Source: Azolla caroliniana
Taxonomy: Eukaryota; Plantae; Polypodiophyta
Length of the DNA stretch: 64,000 nt
Assembly (NCBI GenBank): GCA_043228905.1
Contig: JBHGNT010000018.1
Span: 5,704,001-5,768,000 of the forward strand
Reading direction: 5' to 3'
Made by a program: the position numbers and the translations under genes. The notes under the pieces are model-generated. The model was given only the letters and a program-made list of their open reading frames with translations. It was not told the DNA's origin and searched no databases. Below are positions 12,501 to 24,500 of the stretch, piece by piece; the first letter of the stretch is position 1, and the number at the start of each line of letters is the position of its first letter.

Positions 12501-15500
12501 GCCTTCTAGGGGCTGATACACCAGGCAACATCATTGGAAGTACCTCTTGCCGACGAGGTACCAGGCAACATCATTGGGCAACGCCGGGCCTGAAGGAAAG
12601 CGGTTATCCCTAGCAAGAGTAAAGTCGAGCTTGCTAGATGAGGAGGCGTGTCGAAAAGATAAAGATATGAGCTCCGACTCCAAAGCGCTCATTACCGAAT
12701 CGGAATGCGGAAGACAAAGAAACCGTAGTCCCCAGAACCGGGAAAAGTCGGGGACACGGTCAAAGTCAAGGGGGAGACCTACTTGCTTCTATTGCGGCAA
12801 GACGAGACACTTCCAGAAGAACTATCGGCATTTCCGAAAGGACAAGGAAACCGACGGTACCGATTCGAAGCGGATACCGGACCGGAACGGTAAAGACCGG
12901 AGGGGGCCGGACCGGAAGGGGACGACGACAATTGCGACAAGTGAAGAAGAGTTGATGCTCATCACCGAGGAGAGTGAGATAAACCTTGCCGGCGACGAGA
13001 TGACCTGGGTGGTCGACTCCGGAGCGTCGTTCCACCTTACCCCGGACTGGAAATGCTTCTCATCCTACTTAGCCGGTGATCACGGCTGTGTCCGGATGGG
13101 GAATGAAGGGACATGCCGAATTGTCGGCATAGGAGATGTGTGGCTGACAACACCAACCGGATGCAAGTTGCTGCTGAAGGATGTCCGATACGTTCCAGAG
13201 GTTCGTCTGAACCTGATATCAGACGGTCGGCTAGATGATGAAGGCTACACGGGTAGCATCTGGAACGGTGTCATGAAGTTCAGCAAAGGGAGCCTGATTG
13301 TGGCTCGGGCCGGGAAGGTCAACACATTGTACCCGATGAGTGCCCGGTTATGTCTGGAAGAAGTGAACATGGCATCCGACACTACCGGTGAGTTGTGGCA
13401 CAAGAGGCTGTGTCATATGAGCGAGAAGGGGATGAAGAGGTTTGCAGACGACAACCTCATTCTAGTGAAGAACGTGCACTTGGAGAAGTGCACTGATTGT
13501 CTGACCGGTAAGCAAAACCGGACCTCCTTCCGACCAAGGCCACCGATGAGACGTAATGCACCACTGGAGTTAGTGCATACGGATGTGTGTCAAGTAGACA
13601 TGAAGTCACATGCCGGAGCGCAGTACTTTGTGACGTTCATAGATGACCACGGCCGGAAGCTGTGGGCCACACCGTTGAAGACGAAGGATCATGTGCTATC
13701 CGTCTTCAAAGAGCTCCACGCAAGAGTAGAAAGAGAAACCGGCCGGAAGCTGAAGACGGTTCGAGCAGATAACGGAGGAGAATACCGGGGGCAGTTCGAT
13801 GAGTACTGCCGCTCGAAGGGAATCCAGCTCGAATTTACCGTGCCGAAGACGCCGGAACTAAACGGACTAGCCGAGAGAATGAACCAGACCATAATGGAGA
13901 GGGTCTGGAGTATGCTAGCGCATGCAAAACTACCCAAGAAGTTTTGGGCTGAGGCATTGTCGACGACGACATATGTGATAAATAGATCACCCTGAGTACC
14001 CTTGGACGGAGACACGCCACAGAGAGTATGGACCGGTAAGGAAGTATCCTACCGGCATCTGAAGGTGTTCGGGTGTCTCGCGTACGTGCATGTAGCTAAG
14101 GACCGGAGAGGAAAGTTAGATCCAAAGACCCGGCCATGCATATTCCTCGGTTACGGTGACGATGAGTTCGGCTATCGAGTGTGGGACCTAGTCGACAAGA
14201 AGGTATTCCGGAGTCGAGATATTATCTTCATGGAGGACAAGACGCTCGCTGACTGGGAGTCGGAGAAGAAGATAATGAACTCCGAGTCGATCGGTAAGGA
14301 CCTACTCTACGATGAGCAGACCCAACCAACAAGAGACCAGTTAACACTCGAAGGACCAGCCAGTTACGGTGAGGATACCGAACAGGCTGAAGAAGTAGTC
14401 AAAGCTGGAACCGGAACCGGCCAAGACCCCGAATCGGATTCGGATGAAGAGCAAATGGAGGAGCCAGTTACCGAAGCCCAAAGACGGAGATATCCTCTCA
14501 GAGAGAGAAGGGCGCCCCAGAGATTTTCGGATGCAGAGCATGTTTTGCTGACCGATGAGGGGGAGCCGGAAAGCTTCAAAGAAGCGAAGGATGACACCCA
14601 CAGCCGCAAATGGTTAAGTGCCATGCAAGATGAGATGGATTCCCTGCATGAGAACCATACGTACGAATTGGTGGAGTTGCCGAAAGGAAGGCGGGCACTC
14701 CGAAACAAGTGGGTGTACAAGTTGAAACCGGGAGATGCCGGCAACCCCCCAAGATACAAAGCCAGGATCGTGGTGAAGGGATTCCAGAAGAAAAAAGGCG
14801 TGAACTTTGACGAGATATTTGCCTCGGTAGTAAAGATGAACTCCATCCGGACGGTGCTGAGTATAGCGGCAAGCATGGACCTCGAGGTAGAACAGCTAGA
14901 CGTGAAGACGACATTCCTTCACGGCGACCTCGAAGAGGAGCTCTACATGCAGCAACCGGAGGGATTTGTGGAGAAAGGGAAGGAGCACCTGGTATGCCGG
15001 CTGAAGAAGAGCCTGTACGGACTAAAGTAGGCTCCTCGAAAGTGGTACCGGAAGTTCGATTCATTCCTAACCGATCAAGGGTACCACAAGACGCAGGCCG
15101 ATCACTACGTGTTTGTGAAGAAGTTCGAAGGAGGCGACTTCCTGATACTCCTTCTGTACGTGGATGACATGTTGATCGTTGGATGGGACCAAGTCAAAAT
15201 ACGGATGCTGAAGAAGGCTCTCAACTAGACCTTCTCAATGAAAGACTTGGGTCCGACAAGACAGATGCTGGGCATGCATATTATTCGGAACCGGTCAGTG
15301 AAGCAATTATGAATGTCACAGGAGAAGTACGTGACAAAGGTGCTTCACCGGTTCAACATGTCAGATGCGAAACCGGTCGGATCAACACTTTCGGCAAACT
15401 GCAGGCTATCCGGTAAGCAAAGCCCGAAGACGAAAGCAGAGAAGGCGGATATGATGAAGATTCCATATGCCTCTGCCGTCGGGAGCTTGATGTACGCAAT

Positions 15501-18500
15501 GGTGTGTACCCGACCGGATATAGGATACGGAGTCGGAGTCGTGAGCCAATTTATGAGCAATCCCGGCAAGGAGCACTAGAACGCGGTCAAATGGATACTC
15601 TGGTATTTGAAGGGCACTTCAAATATGTGTCTCCGATTCGGCTCCGGAAAACCTCAACTTGACGGTTTCACCGATTCGGACATGTCGGCTGATGTGGATA
15701 CCAGCCGGTCTACATCCGGGTATGTGATGACATATGCAGGGGGAGCTATCTCGTGGCAATCGAGGCTGCAGAAGACAGTTGCATTGTCAACCATGGAGGC
15801 GGAGTACATGGCGGCTGTGGAAGCCGGTAAGGAAATATTATGGATGAAGGACTTCATCTGAGAGCTCGGTATCCGGCAAGATGAATACTGACTCTATTGC
15901 GACAGTCAAAGTGCCATCCACCTTGCTAAGAATGCGGCCTACCATTCCCGGACAAAGCATATCTAGCGAAGATATCATTGGATCCGGGAAAGAGTAGATG
16001 ACCAGGAGTTCGCACTGACGAAGATCTACACGACCGAGAATGGGTCAGATATGCTGACCAAAGTCCTAACACCCGACAAGCTGGATGCATGCCGGAAGAG
16101 GATCAGACTAGTAAGACACCCCATGCCGGAGTGAAGGCGGAGTTTGTTGGGAGACAGGTCCCTCCGGATGGGAAGGGAGAAGAACAGCGAAACCGTATGA
16201 CGAGTACCCGGCTACGGAGAGCCGGATGGTGCAGACCCGGTGAGAACCGGATGAGAAGTACCGGGCTACGGAGAGCCGGATGGTGCAGACCCGGTGAGAA
16301 CCGGATGAGGAGTACCCGGCTACAGAGAGCCGGATGGTGCAGACCCGGTGCTCACCGGATGAGGAGTACTCGGCTACGGAGAGCCGGATGGTGCAGACCC
16401 GGTGAGGAGTGCTCACCGGATGAAGAGACATATTCGTAAATATGTTTTTGAGAGTCCATCATGGCTATATTTGTAAATAGCCGAAAAGTCATATTAGTAT
16501 AAATATTACTTAGGGCAAACTTTTAGAGGTTGTTGTTATTCTTGTCTGCGCGAGATCAGAGCGCGTTACTGTGTACAGAGAGAGAGAGAGAGGAAGAGGT
16601 CATTGCCTCTATTGTAACCGCTGCCTGTGGCGAAGATCGTGAGCACGAGGTCGTTGCCTCCGTAAACTCACTGTTGTACATTCTAGCATAGTGATAGTTT
16701 GCAGCCTGTGGGCTACCATGGTTTTTCCCTAGTTTGGGTTTTCCACGTAAACATCCTGTGTACTCTTCTCTTCTTTGTGTCGTGCGTTTCATTTCCCGTT
16801 TTTCTGTGTATGATTCTAAGCTCGGTTGTGGCCGAGCGTTGCGTATAGGGAGCGTTTCAGTTCCCATCATGAAGTGCCCGTTCAAGTACCAGAGTATCCA
16901 TTTTACCGCATTCGAGTGCTCTTTTCTAGGGTTGGTCATGAACCGATTCATCATTCTGACTGCGTATCCAATATCTGATTGAGTACACACCATTGCGTAC
17001 ATCAAGCTCCCGACCGTAGAGGCATATGGAATCTTCATCATATCCGACTTCTCTACCGTTGTCTTCGGGCTTTGCTTACCGGATAATCTGCAGTTTGCCG
17101 GGAGTGTCGATCCAACTGGTTTTGCTTCTAACATGTTAAATTGCTGAAGCACCTTTGTCACATACTTTTCCTGTGACAACCACAATTGCTTCTTCGACCG
17201 GTCCCGGATGATGTGCATCCCCAGTATCTGTCTCGCCGAACCCAAGTCTTTCATTGAGAAGGTTCGGTTAAGGGCCTTCTTCAACATCCGTATCTTGACT
17301 TGGTCTCGTCCGACAATCAACATGTCGTCCACGTACAAGAGCAATATCAGGAAATCTCCTTCATCAAATTTCTTCACAAACACCCAGTGATCGGCCTTCG
17401 TCTTGTGGTACCCTTGATCGGGGTCATGAAGGAGTCAAACTTCCGGTACCATTTCCGAGGAGCTTGCTTCAGTTCGTTAAGCTCTTCTTCAGTTGGCACA
17501 CGAAGTGCCCCTTCCCTTTCTTCTCAAATCCTTTTAGTTGATGCATGTAGATCTCTTCTTCGAGGTCTTTGTGTAGGAATGCCGTCTTGACGTCCAGTTG
17601 CTCTACCTCGAGGTCCATGCTTGCCGCTATGCCTAATACCGTCTAAATGGATGTCATCTTTACTACTGGGGCAAAGATCTCATCGAAGTCTACTCCTTTC
17701 TTCTGTTGGAAGCCCTTCACCACGATTCGGGCCTTATACCTTGGTGGATTTCCGGTGTCTCCCGGTTTCAGCTTGTACACCCACTTGCTTCGGAGTGCTC
17801 TCTTTCCCTTCAACAACTCCACCAATTCGTATGTGTGGTTCTCATGCAGGGAATCCATCTCATCTTGCATGACACTCAACCACCTGCGGCTGTGGGTGTC
17901 TCCCCTTGCTTCTTCAAAGCTTTCCGGCTCCCTCTCATCGGTTAGCACACATGCTCTGCATCCGGAAATCTTCGGGGGGCTCTTCTCTCCCGAAGAGGAT
18001 ATCTTTGTCCTTGGTTTCTGATTGCCAGTTCCTCCGTTTTTTCCTCATCCTCATCCGATTTTGGATCTTGTCCAGTTCCGGTGTCTTCTTCTTCTTCGGT
18101 CGATTCGGTTTCCTGTCCGTATCCGGCCGGCTCGTCGAGTGTCATCTGGTTACTGTCTAACATCTGGTTTTCAATCGGGTATATCCTTTTGTCCTCAAGC
18201 CGGTTTTCAATGGATGATCCGGAGTTCGTTACCTTCTTCTCCGTCTCCCAGTCGGCAATGGTCTTGTCTTCCATGAAGACTATTTCCCAACTCCGGAACA
18301 CCTTTCTGTCGACCAGATCCCACACCCGATAACTGAACTCATCATCATCGTATCCAAGGAATATGCATGGTCGAGACTTCGGATCCAGCTTTGCTCTCTT
18401 GTCCTTCGCCACATGCACGTATGTGAGACACCTGAACACCTTCAGATGCTGGTAAGACACATCCTTACCGGTCCATACTTTCTGCGGTGAGTCTCCGTCC

Positions 18501-21500
18501 AAGGGTACTAAGGGTGATCTGTTTATCACATAGGTCGTCGTCGTCAACACCTCAGCCCAAAACGTCTTGGGTAGCTTGGCATGTGCGAGCATGCACCAAA
18601 ATCTCTCCATTATGGTCCGGTTCATCCTTTCAGCCAACCCATTTAGTTCCTACGTCTTCGGCACAGTGAATTCGAGCCGGATTCCCTTCGAACGACAATA
18701 CTCCTCGAACTGCCCGCAATATTCTCCTCCGTTATCTGCTCGAACCGCTTTCAGCTTCCGATCGGTTTCTCTTTCCAATCTTGCGTGGAGCTCCTTGAAG
18801 ACGGATAACACTTGATCCTTCGTCTTCAACGGTGAGACCCACAACTTCCGGCTGTGGTCATCCATGAACGTCACGACGAACTGCGATCCAACATGTGACT
18901 TCGTGTCTAATTGACACACATCGTATGCACCAACTCTAGTGGTGCATTCCGTCTCATCGATGGTCTTGATTGAAAGGAGGTGCGGTTTTGCTTGCCGGCC
19001 AGGCAGTCGGTGCACTTCTCAAGTTGCACGTCCTTCACCGGAATGAGGTTGTCTTCGACAAGCCTCTTCATCCCCTTCTCACTCATGTGACATAGTCTTT
19101 TGTGCCACAGCTCACCGGCAATGTCGGATGCTACGTTCACTTCTTCCCGGCATATCCGAGCATTTATCAAGTACAATGTGTTGACCTTCCGGGCTCGAGC
19201 CACGATTAAGCTCCCTTTGCAAAACTTCATGACACCGTTTCGGATGCTACCTGTGTAACCTTCATCATCTAGCCGACTGACTGATATAAGGTTCAGTCGA
19301 ACCTTTAGAACGTGTCAGACATCCTTTAACAACAACATGCATCCGGTTGATGTCGTCAACAACACATCTCCTATGCCGATAATTCGGCATGTCCCTTCAT
19401 TCCCCATCCAGACACAGCCGTGCTCACCGGTTGTGTAGGATGAGAAGCATTTCCGGTCTGAGGTAAGATGGAACGACGCTTCGGAATCGACAATCCACGT
19501 TGTCTCGTCGACGGCAAGGTTCAACTCACTCTCCTCGGTGATGAGCATTAGTTCTTCTTCACTTGCCGTGATCGCCGTCGTTCCCTTCCAATCCGGGCCT
19601 CGCCGATCCAAACCGTTTCCGTCTGATGACTTCTTCGAATCGGTACTGTCAGTTCCCTTGTCTTTCCGGAAATGCCGATAGTTCTTCTGGAAGTGTCCCG
19701 CCTTGCCGCAATAAAAGCAAGTATGCCTCCCCCTTGACTTTGACCGTGTCCTCGACTTTTCCCGGTTCTAGGGACTCCGATTCCTTTGTCTTTCGCATTC
19801 CGATTCGGTAAGGAGGGCTTTGGCGTCGGAGATCACCTCCTTGTCTTTCCGACACACCTCTTCATCTAGCAAGCTCGATTTGACTCTTGCTAGGGATAGT
19901 TGTTTTCCTTCCGGCCTGGCATTGGCCAATGTGACAACTAACGTCTCCCAGCTATCCGAGAGGGAACCGAGCAGGAGTAGAGCAAGTACCTCATCGGAGA
20001 GAGGTACTTTGAACGAGATTGCTTGGTGTATCAGCCCCTGGACGACATTCATGTGCTCCGCCATACTGGAGCCGTCTTGGTACTAGAGCATCACTAGCTT
20101 CCGAAATACCAATAGTTCTTCTGGAAGTGCCCCGCCTTGCCGCAATAAAAGCAAGTAGGCCTCCCCCTTGACTTTGACCGTGTCCTCGACTTTTCCCAGT
20201 TCTAGGGACTCCGATTCCTTTGTCTTCTGCATTCCGATTCGGTAAGGAGGGCTTTGGCGTCGGAGATCACCTCCTTGTCTTTCCGACGCGCCTCCTCATC
20301 TAGCAAGCTCGATTTGACTCTTACTAGGGATAGTTGTTTTCCTTCCGTCCTAGCATTGGCCAACGTGACAACTAACGTCTCCCAGCTATCTAAGAGGGAA
20401 CTGAGCAGGAGTAGAGCAAGTACCTCATCGGAGAGAGGTACTTTGAACGAGGTTGCTTGGTGTATCAGCCCCTGGACGACATTCATGTGCTCCACCATAC
20501 TGGAGCCGTCTTGGTACTAGAGCATCACTAGCTTCCGAAATACCGAAACCTGATTAACGACATTCTTGTTCTAGAACATGATGCCGATAGTCTCCTAGAG
20601 TTCATGAGCCTTGCTCTCTTCATTGAAGTTCTTGTACAGGCTCATGTCGATGAAGCACCGGATGTATGCTGTCGTCTTCATGTGCCTCACCTCCCACACC
20701 GTGGTGTCGATCTTATCCGGTCTCTTGTCTCCGAACTGAACTGACAACCAAAGATCTTTAACCACCAACATGTCGTTTATCTTTGACTTTCACACTGAGT
20801 ATTTGGAGCTGGTGAGCTTGAACATGCCGCTTTAAGATTCTTCCATTTTCTATGTTGTTCGCTTTGATACCAGTTTGAAGAGAAATGCACGGAATATTAC
20901 TCGGCCACAACCGAGTAGTAAATCACTTCTATAAGAATCAAACACAGAAATGGGAAGTGGAAAGTACACAAAGAAAATGACACAGGATGTTTACATGGAA
21001 AACCCTAATAGGGAAAAACCACAGGAACCCACAGACTCCGAACTATCACTATGAAGAGAAGGGGTACAATCAGAGACTCGGAGGCAACGACCTCGAGCTC
21101 TGTTTCTTGGCACAATGGCGGTTACAACAGAGTATCACTTTGTATCTCTCTCTCTCTCTCTCCGCCATCACCGTCGCCGTCATCTGCAGCCGCTGTAGCC
21201 GTCGCCGTCGCCGTCGCCGTTTGCTCTCTCTCTCTCTCTCTCTCGCTTCCTCGTCTCTGTGTAACGGCTCTCTCTGCCGTTGCTGTCGCCGGTTAATGTC
21301 GTCGTCTGACGACTACCGTTGACTGCGGCCGTCGCCGTCTGCAACCGTCTTCTACCGTCTGCTGTCATCGTCTGCTGCCATCGTCGACCGTCTGTTGCCG
21401 TCGTTTGACGACTGCCGCCGTCACAGGGTGTTTCTTCTCCGTTTTCTCTTGACGTTGTGAAGTGTCATTTTCTTGACGAGTTCGTGGGTGGGTTCTTTTG

Positions 21501-24500
21501 GTGTGCTCGTCGCGTGCTACAAATTGTCGATGTGATTGCGACATACACACAAACTCAGCTAAGTCTCGAACCCATCTATTTTACCTTTTTTTCTTACTGA
21601 CACCACAATGACGTCTAGACAAACTAAGGAACATAAGGATATACAAGACGAGGCTATAAGTAAGGAGGACTTTTTAGATATGTTTAATCGTTTAACAAAA
21701 ATAGAGATGGATATGAAAAAATGGGTGAAAGACACCGAAACCCACAAGAAAAAAGATAGAGAGGAAAAAAACGCCCTCAAGCCGAAATAGAACAACTTAA
21801 AGTAGAAAACACCGACCTTAAAAAACAACTTAAGGACATCGAGGTATCTCGAGAAGACGGTGAAATATCCTCTATAGAGGATATAAAGGACGAAATTAAA
21901 AAAGTTAAAGAGGAAGTTAATAATAACATAGAGTTAGCTAAAACGGGTTGGGTAGATGTGGTTAAAAGAAACATTAAAAAAGAAATAAAAGATGAAAATA
22001 TTGTTAATACCACCCTTGAAGAAGAGAAAATGCGTCAGGCCCGACGCTTAAATGTACGTGTCACTAGGCTCAAGGAAGGTGCATCCCCAAATGAGGACGC
22101 ACAAACACTTGGGAAAATGTTAGGGTACATAGAGGCCCTACCTATCACCAAAGCATGGAGGGTCGGGCGTGACACAACTAGGAAGAGAGCCTTAGTCCTT
22201 CAATTTAAAGACTTAGACTCTAGAATCACTTTCTTTAAGAAGAGACCAATCCTTCGAGGAATGGATGGGGACCCCATCTATCTCGATGAAGACCTCATTA
22301 AGATGCAAATTGAGCATCACAAGAGTTGTATGCCACGAGTTATGCAAGCTCGTAAAGAAGGCCATCGCGCCTTTTATTGAGACGGGCGAGTGATCATAAA
22401 TGATCGCACTACTTATTGACGGCATGTGGCCCATGTGACAGAAAATGCACTTAGGATGACCCTATGGAATTGTAATGGCGCACTCTGGGCACACCCCGGC
22501 CGCCTAGAGGAGATACTAAAGGTATCTGATATACTTTTCTTGGTAGAAACACATCAAAGCCCAAATAGAGGACTCCCATGGGTCGAAGGATTCCGTTGGG
22601 AGTCCGCTTTTAGACAAACCTCACGTTGACACACTACTAGGGGATCTGGAGGTGTCGCGATACTGTTTCGTAGAGAGGTACATAATAGGATAGAAATAAT
22701 GAAGATAGACCCAAAAGCTCGCTTTATGTGGGTGAAAGTCTCCACAAGCAAAGACCAGGCAGTATTTTTCGCCATTTATTACTTTCCCCCAAAAGGATCC
22801 CGTTATAATATTGGTGGCTTGACGAGATTAGTCGATGAAGGAATGCCACATGGGCCTTCTCCATACGAATCCCTATCGGATGACATAATCCGATATTCTT
22901 CCCTAGGAGAAGTATTTCTTGTAGGAGACTTCAATGCGAGAACCCAATCCCGACAATGCACAGTATTTCAGATGAATAGAAACCTAGAAATGGTAAATGT
23001 TGATCCTTTAAACATAGGCACCACACGTAGATTAAAGGATCAAGGTGCGGATGCCATGAGCTTTGGTCATCATCTACTCGAACTTGGCAGTCGGCACCGG
23101 ATGGTCATATATAATGGTTTAGCTAAGTGGCCGGGCTCGGAAGAGCTCACATGTTTCCCACATGGAGGAGGGGAAAACATAGTTGACTATCTAATAGGGT
23201 GCCCTGAAGCTACCCACATGATTAACCCTTCCGAGTGGCCCCATGCCCTATTGGCGTAGACCATAGTTTCTTATACTTCGAGCTAAAATGTGATATCTCT
23301 AAGGTCACCAAGTCTAGTCAACCATGCCATCACACCACAATACATTTCACACATGAGCTCTCTGACATATACTCTCAACATGTTCAGGCCCATCTCCCCT
23401 CCCTTGATCCCTCCCTACCGTTAGAAAGCCTTAGTACAAAACTCACACACATCCTTCACTCCGCAGCAGCTAGCAGTTTCCCATATACAAAACACTCAAA
23501 TCAAGGTAGATCAGGATCAATGCCACAAAATAAATGGTATGACGAAGATTGTAGGGACTTACATAAACAACTTACAGTATCACAACTCAATGGTAGTATT
23601 ACCTCCATACAAGCTCGCAAAGAAATGCGTAAGATGACACGTCGTAAGAGACGAGCGTGGGAGGCATCCCAATACTGGGAACTCTACCATATGCTCATGA
23701 GTAGCGATTGCGCCACGGCATGGAAGAGACTACGGGAGCCAAGACCACAAACACCCATCGAAGATCCCGAAACTTGGCACACATATACAGAGAGACTTTA
23801 CCAAATCCCAAACCAACCACCCATTCCAATGCCTTCCACACCCCGGCCTACCACGGGGACATTTTTCACGACCTCTAGGGTCGTGAAGGTCATAAAGAAA
23901 TTACAACATAGGAAGTCCATGGACCACACAAGATTGCGAGCAGAACACATTATATATGCGAGAGAGTGCCTAGCTCCCTTGCTAACTCTAATCTTCAATC
24001 GTGTCCTTGCGGAGGGTTTTCCACCACAGTGGACTATGAATACAGTGGCCCCCATACATAAAGGGGGGGACCCCATGGACCCAAATACATATAGGACCAT
24101 TATGATAGGCCATACCCTTGCTAAGTTATATGGTGTAGTAATGGAAGCAGAGCTTAGCGACTATATGGAGACCCTAAACCTTCGTGCACCTGAACAAGCT
24201 GGCTTTAGACGAGCCTTCTCCACTATTGATCATATCTTCACACTTAGATGCCTAATTGACCAAACTAAGGCTCGCAAGAAGAAATTATATTGTTGTTTTG
24301 TGGACTTCCGCAAAGCCTTTGACACAGTCCCTAGAGAGCGGTTGTTTGATAGACTTAAAAGCTTGAGGATACCAAATGATATGGTATGGGCCATCTACGC
24401 ACTATATGAACAAGTGTCCGGGTGTGTCCGATGCCCAGGTGGCCTATCTAATCGTTTCACTAGCACTATTGGTGTAAAACAAGGTTGCCCCCTATCACCG

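Larger units (their letters stand above)
11341..16869 (+). mobile_element. Copia C (Tork-like), full length, nested at the RT/RNase H junction of B. LTRs 11341-12105 and 16145-16869, TSD TGAAG
   Basis: TG...CA LTR pair, near-identical by eye; TGAAG at 11336-11340 and 16870-16874; PBS TGGTATCAGAGC (tRNA-iMet type) at 12108-12119; PPT just before 16145. Confidence 0.95.
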
